Below, piece after piece: positions 1 to 12,754 of a stretch of DNA of 64,000 nt. The stretch lies in the NCBI GenBank assembly GCA_964016885.1, contig OZ024743.1, forward strand, positions 109,182,001-109,246,000, written 5' to 3'. The stretch comes from Eledone cirrhosa (lineage: Eukaryota). Below the pieces are notes generated by a model that was not told the origin of the DNA, ran no database searches, and saw only the letters and a program-made list of their open reading frames with translations. Positions within the stretch are counted from its first letter, which is position 1. The number at the start of each line of letters is the position of its first letter. A program made the position numbers and the translations under genes.

Positions 1-2006
1 CTTCCCGGCTAAAGGAAGAGGGCGGGGCAATCCTCACGTTTGAGTCAGCTGATAGTTGGATCCGTCCTACACGCGACAACAGATGTTCGACATAAATCCA
101 CAAGTGAGCAATGCTCGGACACTGGACCGGTGCGTGTATGACCGTTTCGTCGCCCTGCTCGCTTCTCGGACATGCCCGGCTGACGGTACCTCCATGCTTG
201 TAGAGTATATCCCGAACTGGCAAAGCTCCTCGGTAGCACTGCCAGGCCAGGGATTTCGGTAAGTTGTCCATACGCCCCGGCCCGAAAGTTTTTCCGAAGA
301 GATTGGCTAGTTGATTTTCGTCGACACCAAGACTTTCCCCAAGTACGGCGTCGCTGTTCGCCTCCACTAATTCTCTATAGAACACCAAGGTGGAGTTTCC
401 ACCGATCACATTGCCCGATTTGTCGAGGGTTGTGAGCGCCTGAAGACATTCCAGTCTCCAAGCGCACCCTCTCGGTCTTCGATTAACCCAGGACTGTAGC
501 TCTGTCAAGGAGATGAACTGGGGAATGATGCGTCTAGCAAACGCCGACCACACCTGATCACCATCGGGTAATATGTGGAGATGTTGTAGCCTGAGCGCGT
601 GTCTGCGAATCATCAGGCACGGCATGCCCAGTCCTCCACGTAGCAGGTGTTGACAGCAGATGGACCGCCTGACCATCGGAGCGCGTCTCTTCCACATAAA
701 GCGAAAGAGCAAACGCTCCAGCGCAGTCAGGCGTGGCTAGGACAAGGCACGAAGGTCAGGCGGTAGTAGATGACGGACGCGATGTACGCATTCGCCACCT
801 CCGCTCCACTTTTCAGGGATAACTTCCTCTCTGCCCATTTTTGGGTGAGAAAAGCCACCCTGCTCGTCACTTCGTCCCAGTTTTGTCCGTCTAGAGGGCC
901 GGACTGAACTAGACTCCTAGCAATTTAACCGGTCCGTCCATCCAGCGCCCGACGACGCTCTTGGACGGTATGGTGTTGCCTCTCCAGGTGCCGAGCTGCA
1001 GGCCCACTGACTTTCCCTGGTTGGTCATTGCTCCTGTCACCGCTTTGTATTCTCTTAGTGTAGTGCCGATCGCCTCAACGTGTTTGGCGTTCGACACCAC
1101 TACGGTGACATCGTCCGCATGTGCTGACACGGATCTTCCGCATCCTAGTTCGCTTGTGCAGTAATGGCTCGAGAGTCATTACGTACAACAGGGACGAGAG
1201 GGGACATCCTTGGCGGACCGAGCGCATGATGTTGAACGGTTCCGACAGGTGAGGGTTCACTCTCACCACAGATCAGATGTCGTTGTGCATGGCAGCAATC
1301 TAGCCTCCAGACGGCCCCAAAGACCGCCGCCCTCAGAACTGCCGCCAGGTAACAATGATCGACCCTATCGAAAGCTTTTGACTGATCTAAATTGATTTAG
1401 GACCCACCCGTGCCAGGTTCCCTAGCTACCCTCACCACGATGTATCGCATGAGGTGGAGGTTGTCGTGGATGGATCAGTCTGGAATGGCGCATGTCTGCG
1501 CCTCTACCACCAGACCACCAACGACAAGCGCCAACCTCTTTGCTAACACCTTGGCCAAAATCTTGATCTCTGTGTTTAGCAGAGTTATGGGCCTAACATT
1601 ATCTATGTTATCTTCCTTGTTCGGATCCTTTCTCGGCAGCGTCACCGCTCCTCGGCTCACATAGCTGGGATTTCTCCCGTTCTGTTGCCAGTTGCAGTAG
1701 ACGCCCGCCAAGAGATCTCCCAACAAGTCTGGCATCTGTACGTAAAGTTCATAGGGCACAGCATCCAAACCAGGCGATTTACCCCTTGTGCAGCCAGTCA
1801 TTGCCTCCCGTACTTCAGCGGCTGTTATCGGCTTTTCGCAAAACTCCATCTCAGTGGCTAAGAGCCCCGGAAGTCCGCCGAGGTACGACCTAAAGTCCAA
1901 CCCTCGAAAAGTTCCGCCGCTGTCTCCGAACAGCTGAACGAAGTGTTGCTGAAAAATTTGGTGTTTGTGAGGAACGCTGTCAGGTTTGTGGGGCTGAGAG
2001 CCGTTC
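1..2006 (-). mobile_element. Decayed Tx1/L1-like LINE ORF2 fragment (RT to C-terminal region), frameshifted
   Basis: Minus-strand ORF pieces give GKSPGLDAVPYELY...VRPITLLNTEIKILAKVLAKRL (1475-2071), VRQGCPLSSLLY (1075-1269) and AHADDV (909-1130, YADD box). Bases 50-640 are homologous to 2985-3570. Confidence 0.9.
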
Positions 2007-2229
2007 ATGTTTTTTTCAAGGAATGTTTTTGTTTGATAATTATAAAGTTTAAATGTTGGGTTCAAGACCACAAATATTTTTAGAGTCCTTTTCAGAATGC
2101 AATATATGTGAACTTAACAACAAAACATTTCCATAATTGGCAATTTGAAACGACTGAAAACAACGAACCATTGCGGACTCACGATAATACGATTTCCTAC
2201 GTAGGTCGCCAATAATAATAATAATAATA

Positions 2230-2420
2230 ATTATTATTATTTCTACTTTTGGCACAAGGCCAGCAATTAAACCAGTGCATTACTGGTACTTTATTTTATC
2301 ACCCCGTAAGGAGGAAATGCAAAATTAACCTCGCCGGGATATGAACTCAGACCATAAAGGGCCGTAACTCTATGCTGCAAAGCATGGCGTCTGACCCTCT
2401 ACCGATACTGCCAATCCACA
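2230..2420 (-). mobile_element. tRNA-derived SINE with (ATT)n tail
   Basis: The reverse complement has an A-box-like GGATTGGCAGTATCGGTAG, a B-box-like GAGTTCATATCCC and the core ...GATAAAATAAAGTACCAG. It is shared with copies at 15884, 44358, 46990, 48978 and 49849. Confidence 0.85.
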
Positions 2421-4340
2421 TAATAATAATAATAATGCTTTCTTTATTGGCCACAAGGGCTGACACGAAGAAAAACTTTAGAGACAGCACAGAAGAGTAC
2501 AGGGCGATACAAAGTGGATTTTGGTCGTGTAAACAGGTTATAACAAAATCGGGCTAGAAATCCCAAGAAATTCAAACAAAAATTCCCCAAGAAGGGGGAA
2601 ACCTCCGAGGGTCACTCGTGGTGCAAACCACACAAAAGACCACGGCCACCCTTACCACCAGGTCAAGGGGCCTCTCTCACTTTTCCCACTCCCCAGTCTA
2701 CAGGCGGATACTCAGAGCGGGCTCGTTCACTCGGACCAGACTCGCCACTTTCACCCACCTTTCAACAAACTTACTAGAAGACTGCACTTGCTTCTCCGCC
2801 CTGATTTTCCTCTTCAAGTGAAACTTGAAAAAGTTAATCAGGGATTGGCCGGAGAGAAAAGTGTCCGCTTCAACCCTTTCAACCTTGTCCACCACACAAT
2901 CTCTTTCGCCATGGGCAAAGCCTGCCTTTCCTCCTATTTAAGTGAGGATGACGGGGCTATCTGCACAATGGACTCAGTCGATAACTGGATCCGTCCTACA
3001 CGCGACAGCAGCTGTTCGACATAGCTTCACCACCCAGCAATCCTCGGACACTGAACGAGTGCGTGCAGGACGGTTTCATCGCCATGCGCGCATCTCGGAC
3101 AGGCTCGGCTGACAGCACCTCCGTGCCTGTAGAGCTTATCCCGAACCGGCAAAGCGCCCCGGTAGCACTGCCAGGCTAGGGATTTCGGGAAGTTTTCGGT
3201 AGGCCCCGGTCTGATAGTTCCCTTGCAGAGTGCGAACAGCTGATCATCTTCGACGCCCAGGTTCTCCCCGAGAACGTCGTCGCTCTTTCCCTCCACAAGC
3301 CCTCTATCGAACGCCGAGGTGGATGTTCCACTGATACTAGTGCTCAGCTGGTAGAGGGCGATGATCGCTTGGAGACATTCCAGCTTCCAAGCGCTATCCT
3401 TCAGTCTTTTCCTGATCCACGACTGCAGCTCCGTCAAGGAGACGAGCTGGGGAAAAGCGCATCTGGCAAACGGCGACCACACCTGTTCACCGTCAAGGAA
3501 GCACCAGAGATGTCGTAGCGTCAGCGCATGTTTGCGCATCATCAACCACCGTATGCCTAGTCCTCCACGCAACATCCATTTGGCTGGTCATGGGTGCTTC
3601 CAAGAGATTGTCGGTGTATATCCAACTGAGTTGGGGAAGTTTTCTTTTAAAAGTTTATAATGTTCTATTTTGATTTCAATAATCTTTATATTTTTCGGGA
3701 CAGTTCTTGGTGTTGGTGAGGTGTGTGATATCTGTGTGCTGCTTTATATGTCGTAAGAGTTATTTATTTGCCCTGTTTATGGCTGTGTACTTTTTTTCCG
3801 GAGAGGGGTGGTCTTGTTGCTGTTTTCTTGTTGTTGCTGTTGGGTGTGTGTGCTTTGTTGTGTTGCGATGTTAGTGTTTTTGGTGATGCTGGTGGCGGTA
3901 TGGTTGTTGTTGGTGGTGATGCTTGTGTTGGTGATGGTGATGGTGGTCGTGTTGCTACAAGTCTCCTTGCAGCCTTTACCACTTTTTGTTTGCCTTCGCT
4001 TTTGGACGGTGAAGCTAAGGGTTTTTTTCTTTTTTTGATTTTTGTGGCAGACCGTTTGCCACTTCCCTCCCTCCTCATACTCCATGTCGGTTTGCGTGGC
4101 GTCTGGGAGGGGTATGAGCTTCACTATTGTTGGTGGTGTTAGAGGAGCCCGCACCGGCGATGTTGCCCCCTGTGTAGCTACTGCGACTGAAGGTGTTGCC
4201 GCCACTGCTGCTGCTGTATTAGATGTCCGTGGCCTTGGTATGGGTGCCACTGATGTCGCCCTCCTACTCAAGATAGATCAGGCATCGGAAGGAGGGGTGG
4301 CCATCTTCTTGGCTGTCTTCTGCGGACAGAGATTCTCCCA
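2421..4340 (-). mobile_element. Second Tx1/L1-like LINE copy: 3' end (Cys/His finger, AATAAA, (ATT)n tail) joined to an ORF1-like low-complexity region
   Basis: ORF 3027-3575 ends in RACPRCAHGDETVLHALVQCP (CCHC). ORF 2698-2895 is a typical C-terminus. On the minus strand GCCAATAAAGAAAGC is followed by (ATT)n at about 2421-2450. ORF 3777-4271 has MEYEEGGKWQTVCHKNQKKKK, typical of the ORF1 tail (ORF1 assignment is inference). Confidence 0.75.
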
Positions 4341-4580
4341 CGGTAAACTCTATGTTGGTTGCAGCAACAAATTATTCATTTGGACACCAATAATAAAATC
4401 ACACGATGAATATTGTTTACCCTAAGGAGCTTCAAGATTCACAGATTTTCATTTCAAAATTATATTATCATTAAAATGTTGATATTTTTTTAATATAATG
4501 TAGATATTTTGAAATAATTATGAGAGAGAAAAATATATCTCCTTATTTATTATTTACTAATCTGAATAAGAACAGCAGTA

Positions 4581-4610
4581 ACCCGGGCAACGCCGGGTCA
4601 TTCAGCCAGC
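4581..4610 (+). mobile_element. Helitron-like 3' terminus (GC hairpin plus degenerate CTAG)
   Basis: The hairpin ACCCGG-GCAACG-CCGGGT is followed a few nt later by CCAG (CTAG-like). The 5' end was not identified. Confidence 0.45.
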
Positions 4611-4809
4611 TTCTATATATTCAGAATGTCGAACAATGAAATAAATATGACGAGATGTAGCACTAAATGAATCTATTGTTTTACGATCGATTCAATGGGC
4701 AAAAATATTATTGAGATGTAGATTAATCAATACGAGTTATGAAACACCACACTATTAACCTCGAAAAAGTACTGACATAGTGTTTGAGGGCATATTCGTG
4801 TATGCATAC

Positions 4810-4836
4810 ACATATATATATATATATAGAGAGAGA

Positions 4837-4912
<76 letters not shown>

Positions 4913-5146
4913 CATATACATATATACACATATATATATATATTATATATATATGGGTGTGTGTGTGTATATATTTACATATATGTATATATACACACAC
5001 AGTTGTACAGTTATAGCTATATTTACGTGCAACATTTTTATTTATACTGGACATAGTATATACAAATATATAGATTCAAATGAGCAGAGACAGAGGGAGT
5101 GGGAGAGAGAGAAAGCAAGTAAGAGAGCAAGAGAGTGAGAAAGAGT

Positions 5147-5197
<51 letters not shown>
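4810..5197. repeat. (TA)n and (GA)n microsatellites
   Basis: Directly visible dinucleotide runs. Confidence 0.95.
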
Positions 5198-5200
<3 letters not shown>

Positions 5201-5404
5201 GTGTGTCTTTTAGAGAGGTTGTCGGAATTTAACTAAAATACATTGTGAAGAAAGTGCAACTGAAGACAACTGTTCTCTTGCGATATGTCAGCGTTTGAAC
5301 ATACATTTGGAATTATTCCAGCATAAATCATATAAGTAAAACTGATACGATTCCAAGAAACCTCCGAAGGGTTGGATATTGGCATTTGATTTCCGAGTGG
5401 AAGC

Positions 5405-5455
<51 letters not shown>

Positions 5456-5554
5456 CATAAATTATCGAGATTCGGATTTCGACCCACGAAATAACGAAAT
5501 ACAACCTCCGTCCGAGATGTGCGGAAAGTGCTCAATGATTCAGATGAACCAGAG

Positions 5555-5607
<53 letters not shown>

Positions 5608-5609
<2 letters not shown>

Positions 5610-6487
5610 AGACGTAAAATAAGAAAATTATAAAAATTAAATTACTTACTAAAATTTCACTCCAACTAATTAGTTTCTGAAAGGGAATAAACATAGTTTC
5701 CGAGGAAACGTACAGAGAAGCCTTTCGTCATCAGGGAAGTCTATTCTCAGCTAAGTTTCCAGGCAATACGTGGACACAGGGAACTTATACAAAAATAATT
5801 CAGTGGATGGAAAAAAGTAAAGCGTGGACTAAGTTCCAAGCCATTGAAACAATCACTGCCTACTGCGTCGGTGGCAAATTCAAAAGTTACTAAGACAAAA
5901 CCTATATATTTGCTGGCATAGGTATGCATCTGTATATATATGTTAGTAGATATACTAATTTTTATAATTATCTCCAAATTAATTTGTCGAGCCAAAATTG
6001 GCCAAAACTGCTACTATAGTTCATAGTAACAGTCCGGCTGCTGTCTTCTTAACAAACCACTCTTCAGTGATTGACCTCTATGTCACGTGATTGATTCTTT
6101 TGAATTTGCCACCGATGCAGTAGGCAGTGATTTTTTCAATGGCTTGGAACTTAGTCCACGCTTTGGTTTTTTATCCACTGAATTATTTTTGTATAAGTTC
6201 CCTGTGTCCACGTATTGCCTGGAAACTTAGCTGAGAATATACTTCCCTGATGACGAAAGGCTTCTTGTACGTTTCTTCGGAAACTATGTCTATTCCCTTT
6301 CAGAAACTAATTAGTTGGAGTGAAATTTTAGTAAGTAAGTTAATTTTTATAATTTTCTTATTTTACGTCTCTCATATTATTGTTCTGCATCCCCATGCAT
6401 TGAACCACAAAGTTACTAAGACACAACCTATATATTTGCTTGCATAGGTATGCATCTGTATATATATGTTAGTAGATATACTAATTC
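5608..6487 (+). mobile_element. Non-coding PLE-type/retrozyme-like element with inverted arm and terminal direct repeat, flanked by (TA)n
   Basis: 5608-5884 is an inverted copy of 6098-6372, and 5882-5960 is a direct copy of 6408-6487 (period about 526 bp). It carries a CTGATGA..stem..GAAAC motif and is homologous to 47684-48365. Confidence 0.75.
6234..6296 (+). ncRNA. Hammerhead-like motif (non-canonical stem I/III); inverted copy at about 5686-5746
   Basis: CTGATGA(6247-6253) CGAAAGGC-loop-GTTTCTTCG GAAAC TAT GTC. The closing helix GAATA(G/T)AC/GTCTATTC is offset by TTCC. Confidence 0.5.
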
Positions 6488-6512
6488 TTTATATATATAT
6501 ATATATGTATAT

Positions 6513-7120
6513 ATATAATACATTATAAAGAAAGAAGAAACATTAGACATAAATTTAAAAAATATAAATACCCAATATTTCTCTACATTCTCGAATGTAC
6601 AGTTTCGGGGATACTTTGCAAGAACATTACATTATAGACATGCAGTATTTTTGTGAGGTTTGCCAGCTTATCAAGAGAATACCTCATTTAAAGTTTCAAA
6701 ACACGTCCGTAAGTCGTGAGAGAGAATCCCGGAAAGGCGGAGGGGGAGCTAATCACGTGATACAGCGGTCAAGAAACAGAATTTCGCCTCAGATATTAAT
6801 GCTCCCTCCGCGTTTTGTAGTATTTTTCTCTTGGTTGCAAGAGGATTAACTCTGTTTCTTGACCGCTGTATCACGTGATAAGCTCACCCTCCGCCTTTCC
6901 GGGATTCTCTCTCACGCCTTGCGGACATGTTTTGAAACTTTAAATGAGCTATTCTCTTGATAAGCTGGCAAAACTCACAAAAATACTGCATCTCTATGAT
7001 GTAATGTTCTTGCACAGTAGCCACGAAACTGTACAGTCGAGAATGTAGAGGAATATTCGGTATTTATATTTTTTTCAGTTTATGTCTAATGTTTCTTCTT
7101 TCTTTATGATGTATTATATA
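6513..7120. repeat. About 270-bp-arm fold-back palindrome next to (TA)n with hammerhead relic
   Basis: 6513-6782 is the reverse complement of 6850-7120. The right arm has CTGCATCTC...GAAAC-TGTACA-GTC-GAGAATGTAG. Confidence 0.85.
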
Positions 7121-7277
7121 GCTCTGATATAGAGTCAATCTAATTCACTCGGAGTATTTTGTCCCTATTAATCATAGAGCAACAACGGTTAACGTTGGCA
7201 CCACGCAAATTCAGGGATATATGTGTGTGTATATGCATTTATATGTATGTATTCGCATGCATCTGTGTATTTCTTTT

Positions 7278-7319
<42 letters not shown>

Positions 7320-7403
7320 GGACACAGACACACACATACACTGACAGGCAACCCCTATATATGTATGTATGATTATATATATATATATATATATATACAT
7401 GTG

Positions 7404-7450
<47 letters not shown>

Positions 7451-7681
7451 CTGAATACATTATGAAAGTATAATATACACTCCTGGCTCTTCTAATCTTC
7501 CGCAACCATAGAAAGAAATTTGTATACAATTGACCGTTAAGGATTTCATGGATCGGTAATTAAACACTTTCAATATATTATGTATATATATAATTGATCT
7601 TGAAGATTCCCTTATAAGTATATTGTGAGTAATATCCAACGGAATGAAATATTTGTAGTTCAAATAACTAATGGATTAACT

Positions 7682-8110
7682 TTTAGGAGAGATGGTCACC
7701 AATTTTAGAAGGCTGCGTTGTTTTACAATTTAGAGGGGAGTTCGTTTCCCTAGCTTGGCTGCTAGACATCTCTTCTATTTGTTGTTAGGTGTAGGTAAAC
7801 AATTAAGCAAACAGAACATACCTCAGATTATATGTACATGAGCATTTTAATCAGAGCAATAAACAAAACAGGTTTTATCAGTTGCTCCTTGATTGGTAAT
7901 TCGTAATTATCATTTCGTGGCGGTATTCAAATATCCTGTGACTGCATGGTGTGACATCGTTGTTTCGCCACAGTGAAATGCGTCTGGTCGCCTCAAGAGA
8001 CAAAATCGAAGAGTGTGTATTCAGCTACTGACGTCAGAAAGTGACATCACAACTAAGGACAGTTAATCGACTGCCTCCATTGTCAAAGCTAGGTGACGTG
8101 ATCTTCTACA
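7682..8110 (-). repeat. 3' LTR
   Basis: Near-identical to 12755-13174. On the minus strand it is preceded by the purine-rich CTGGTGGGAGGCCA (PPT, 8111-8124). Confidence 0.93.
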
Positions 8111-8248
8111 TGGCCTCCCACCAGATTTTTAGAAAGAGAAATAAAAATCGTTTCATCGGAGCATGTATGTAGAAAAACGATGAGCAGGTAGCAAAAACAC
8201 CAAACCAAGGAGTAATCAGACCAACCGAGCATGAAGGTCACAACACAT

Positions 8249-9613
8249 TTAAAAAGAACATATGAAACAACATGCAAGAACGAGAAATAACAAAATTATA
8301 ATAAAATGTGATACAATTTTTAAAAGTTCAACTAGTTCAAATAGGAAATACAGGATTAGAGCACCGCACAATAGCAGCTTCAAAATATACAGTGCCACAC
8401 AGTCTTTTGGGCCAATGAATCCTCCGACCGGAACGGCTCGTAGTCTTATATCTTCGTGATTGGGGGGACGAAGAAGCAGGTGTTTGTGCGAAAGAAAAAG
8501 ACGGGGCGTTTGTGGCTCAGGTGTGATAGCGTATGTGTCCAAATTTGCTCGTTTGAGTCGATCAAGAGAAACCACCTCTCTGGAACCCTTAATGTCTACA
8601 GTTAAATGTTTCTCAGAACGAGCAAATACACGGCAGGGTTCAGAGTATGGTTGTGTGAGAAGTGGTCTCACAGAATCATTTCTCACAAACACATGGTTCC
8701 CCGAGGCAATATCCCTCGGAACTGCAGATTTTACAGTTTGCTTCCTCGTATCCATCGGCGGCAGTTCCTGAAAATAAGAACGCAGACGGGATACGTAGGA
8801 AAGCGGATCTTGTTCAGCAAGATCGACAGGGGCAAGCATTTGCCCAGGTAACGCTAGAGGAGCACCATATAATAATTCGGCCTGGGAGAACCCAAGATCC
8901 TCCTTTATTGTTGACCGAATCCCCAACAACGCAATAGGGAGGTACTCGCTCCAACGCGTAGGGTAAGGAGAAGTCCGTAGATTGGCTTTTAGTTGTCGGT
9001 GTAAACGCTCCACTATTCCATTAGAAACAGGATGATATGCAGTCGTTCGGTAGCGTTTAGCGCCGATGATTTTCGTTAATTCATGGAAGAGATTCGATTC
9101 AAACTGCCTTCCACGGTCGGTGGTAATTGACGTTGGTACTCCATATCGAGCGATCCATCCAGGCACAAGGGCACGCGCTGTCGTCTCAGCAGTGATATAT
9201 TTCAAGGGGATGGCTTCAGGCCATCGCGAAAAACTATCGATAACAGTCAATACGTAATTAAGACCACCGCTGATTGGCCAATGTCCCACACCGTCCACAT
9301 GAATGTGGCGAAACCTAGCGTCCGGGTTACAAACGGTACCTAGATGAGTCTTAACATGCCTGCGAACTTTTGATTTCTGGCAAGCAACACAGGAACGGCA
9401 CCAAACAGTAATATCACGTCTTATTTTTGGCCAGACAAATCTAGCCTTTATGAGTTTTACTGTGGAAAAAGATCCTAGATGTGAAATGTCGTGTAAAACA
9501 AGAAACACAGTTCGACGATGGTTCAACGGAACGAAAGGGCGTGGCACATCCAAAGAGACGTCGTAGAGGAGCCGTCGGTCTGCGGTTGATAATGGTAGGT
9601 ATTTCATCTTCAA
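8249..9613 (-). pseudogene. Gypsy integrase (HHCC zinc finger plus DDE core)
   Basis: LHDISHLG...CRSCVAC; [30 protein letters not shown]. Confidence 0.93.
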
Positions 9614-9619
9614 TTCATA

Positions 9620-11360
9620 AATTCAGACGATGTAACATCCAACGATTCGAGAGTAGGCTGATCGGCTGCCAAGCGATTCAAATCTATGTCATCGGACGAC
9701 GAGATCGAAGCAATCGGCAAACGAGACAGGGCGTCGGCCGCTGTATTCATAGAACCCGGAATATGTTGAATATCATTAGTAAATTGAGAGATAAGGTTGA
9801 GATATCTAGTTTATCTGTGCGAGTATTTGTCGGCCTTTGCTTGAAAGGCGAATGTCAACGGATTGTGGTCCGTGAAGATGGTGAACGTTCCTCCTTCAAG
9901 CATGCGCGAAAAATGCTACACCGATAAGTATATAGCTAACAACTCCTGTCCAAAGGTGCTGGAGCGCCTTTCGGCAGGTTTCAGCTTCCTGGAGAAAAGT
10001 TCCAACGGTTGCTGTTGATCGTTTTTAATTTGCTGCAAAACTGCGCCCACGGCAGTATCCGACGCATCAACACAAAGCCTCTTTATTTTTCTTTCGGCAA
10101 TTTTTCAAAATTTCCATCAATTAGGCACAAGCCGCCTATAAAAATTAATCAGCCCCATGAATTGGCGCAACTGACGGAGTGAGGTTGGTGGAGGCAAATC
10201 ATCTATAGCTTTAACTCTCTCAGGAATAGGTCGAATACCGTCAGCGTCAATGACGTGGCCCCAAAAATTCAGAGATTCGGAACCCAAAACACATTTTGAT
10301 GGATTAATCCGAACATTTTAATCCTTCAAACAACAAAATAGAAGGTCCAGATTGCGCAAATGTTGCTCTGGAGAAGAGCTAGCAACAAGAAGATCATCAA
10401 CATATATGTGTATACAAAATCGAGGCCACGAGTGACTTTATCCATAAATCGCTGGAAGGTGCTAGCATCATTCCTTAACCCGAAAGGCATGATGAGAAAT
10501 TTGAAAGATCCAAATGGCGTAGTTATAGCAGTTTTCGGGATGTGGTCTCTGTTGACAGGAATCTGGTTGTAGGCTCGGCACCAATCGAGTTTCAAAAAAA
10601 TGTTATTAACTTGCACCGAGGATGCACAATCCTGCAGATGTGGGATAGGATACCGATCCGGTATGGTCATCGAGTTCAATCGTCTATAATCCCCTGTGGG
10701 TCTCCAATCGCCAGAAGATTTTGGCACCATATGTAATGGAGATGCGCACGGGCTCGTGGAAGGACGAATAATTCCGAGCTGCAGCATACGATCGAACTCG
10801 GACCGTGCTGCATTCAGTTTGTCCGCTTGCAATCGACGGGGACGCGATAAAACCGGAGCGCCAGTAGTAGTAATAAAATGCACCGTGGCGTGGTTTGGAT
10901 CAGTGACTCTAAAATTTCCATGATATGGGTTTCCGGAGTTAGCGATGAAGAATGTCGGGCTAACTGTAGAAACTTCTGCCGTCCTGCCACAAAGAGAAAA
11001 CACAGTAATATCGTCGACTAGGCGTTGGTGACGGACGTCCACCGTCAAAGACAAATTGTGCCGGAAGTCCGCGACCAAATCGGGTATGGCAGGTCGGCAA
11101 CAGTGAAAACCCATTTGAAATCCCGACGAAGATTTCGAAACTGAAGTGGAAGTGAGATCTGTCCAAAAGTTCGGATTGGTGACTGGTTGACAGCTTGCAA
11201 TTCAATCGACGACTCGGGAGGAGTTACTGTAATACAATTAACAGGCCAAATACTGCACGAAGCTCCTGTGTCTACTAGGAAGTCTCTTCCCGTCAGGAGG
11301 TCCTCTATGAAGAAATGGCGGTTCTGTTGTGTCTCGCAGAGTCACTTGCCGCCTTTAGTG
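9620..11360 (-). pseudogene. Gypsy pol: aspartic protease, RT and RNase H (frameshifted)
   Basis: FLVDTGASCSIWP at about 11245-11285; ASPLHMVPKSSGDWRPTGDYRRLN, MPFGLRN (ORF 10326-11114); LCVDASDTAVGAVLQQ RNase H at about 10030-10080. Confidence 0.92.
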
Positions 11361-12136
11361 ACTCTGATCTACATTTCCCGAAGCTGAATATTTACATGGA
11401 GGCCGGCAATGTTTTGCCTTCTCCGCGAAGGTGGCATGATACCAGCAAAATAATGGATTGCTGGCGGGTGAAGTAGTATGTCGACGTGGAGTCACGAAAG
11501 AACGCGAAATACTCCTAGGCCGCCGGGAATACAGCCTATTATCCCGGCATAACAGCGACTTGCTGCGTAAAAGCGTCAATAGCTTTTAACATGGCACCCT
11601 CGCATGTCGAGACGGGTCGGTTCGAATGTGAAGAAGAAATACACACGAGTCAGAGGCGGTGGCCTTTCTAGAAACTTCCACGATTCGATCAGCGGAGGCA
11701 GCAATCTGCTCCAAATAGCTGGTAACCACAATGTTTGCCAAGATAATTTGGATGTTGTTTGGCAGGCGAGAGAAAAATAGTTTCTTTATGAATGGGCTAT
11801 GTCGTCGGTCGAGTCGCTGAGGTCCCAGATGTGTTTCAAAAATTCAGACGGTGTTCTGTCACCTAAACACACATATTCCAACAATAAACGAAATCTGCTT
11901 TCAGCAGAACGACTGTCTCTTCTTAATATTTCTTCCCATAACGAATCATATGAAATACCGGCCGACGCGTCCGTTATCAAATCCTTCACCGTTGTAGCGA
12001 GTGAAGAAGGAATGCCGCTTATCAAAACGTTGAGCTTCTGCTCTGTTTTCACTCCGTTCGCAGCGAAATATGCGTCGAGTTGTGCAAATCAGAGTTTGGT
12101 ATCACCTGAGAACGCAGGTAAATTAGGACCACTCAT
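11355..12136 (-). pseudogene. Gypsy gag with CHCC motif
   Basis: Starts MSGPNLPAFSGDTKLWFAQLDAYF; contains LGDRTPSEFL; ends CWYHATFAEKAKHCRPPC, the CsRn1-type CHCC motif. Confidence 0.85.
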
Positions 12137-12737
12137 TGTCAATCTATATCAACTTGGACGTACAAAAATAAGTGATATTCGCGTAAAAAGAATGCAGAAA
12201 TTAATTTAGGTGTTCAGAACAACGGGAAAACAGCACACATTTCCCTCAACATCCATAAAGGCAGAAGAACAGAAAAAAGTAAATGTTCTCAAGTGTCCAT
12301 AAAAGGGAAAATAATCCCGCGAATTTGTAAAAAGCAATCCGAAGTCGACAAGTCAAATCATTTCATGGCAGGAACTCTAAAAGAAAAAATATATATCGAC
12401 AGCATATTACGCTGCTCAGTTAAGGTCGGGAAAAGACGACATCACGAGATGCGTCTCAGCCAATCAGATTGCTGCATTTCGGAGAAGAAAGACAATTGGC
12501 AGGAAAATGATCGGCCATTACAAAAATTAAGAATTCTTCTTTTTCTTTTGGTTTGTCTGCTTAAAAAAAATGTTCAAAAGTGTTGATAATCATTTTTTTT
12601 TGTTTGTTTTTTTGTTGTTGTTTGTTGTTGTTATACATTCACTGCCCAGAGAATAGCATAATAGAAGATATAAGTGTTTCGCTTATAAATGTTCAACCAC
12701 ATGTATTATCAGCAGGTTTCTATTTTATAGAGTTCGA

Positions 12738-12753
12738 TGCTCGGGGTCAACCA
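12738..12753 (-). promoter_or_regulatory. Primer binding site complementary to the tRNA-Trp 3' end
   Basis: The minus strand reads TGG(T)TGACCCCGA just after the 5' LTR; tRNA-Trp ends ...UCGGGGUCACCA. Confidence 0.75.
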
Positions 12754-12754
12754 C

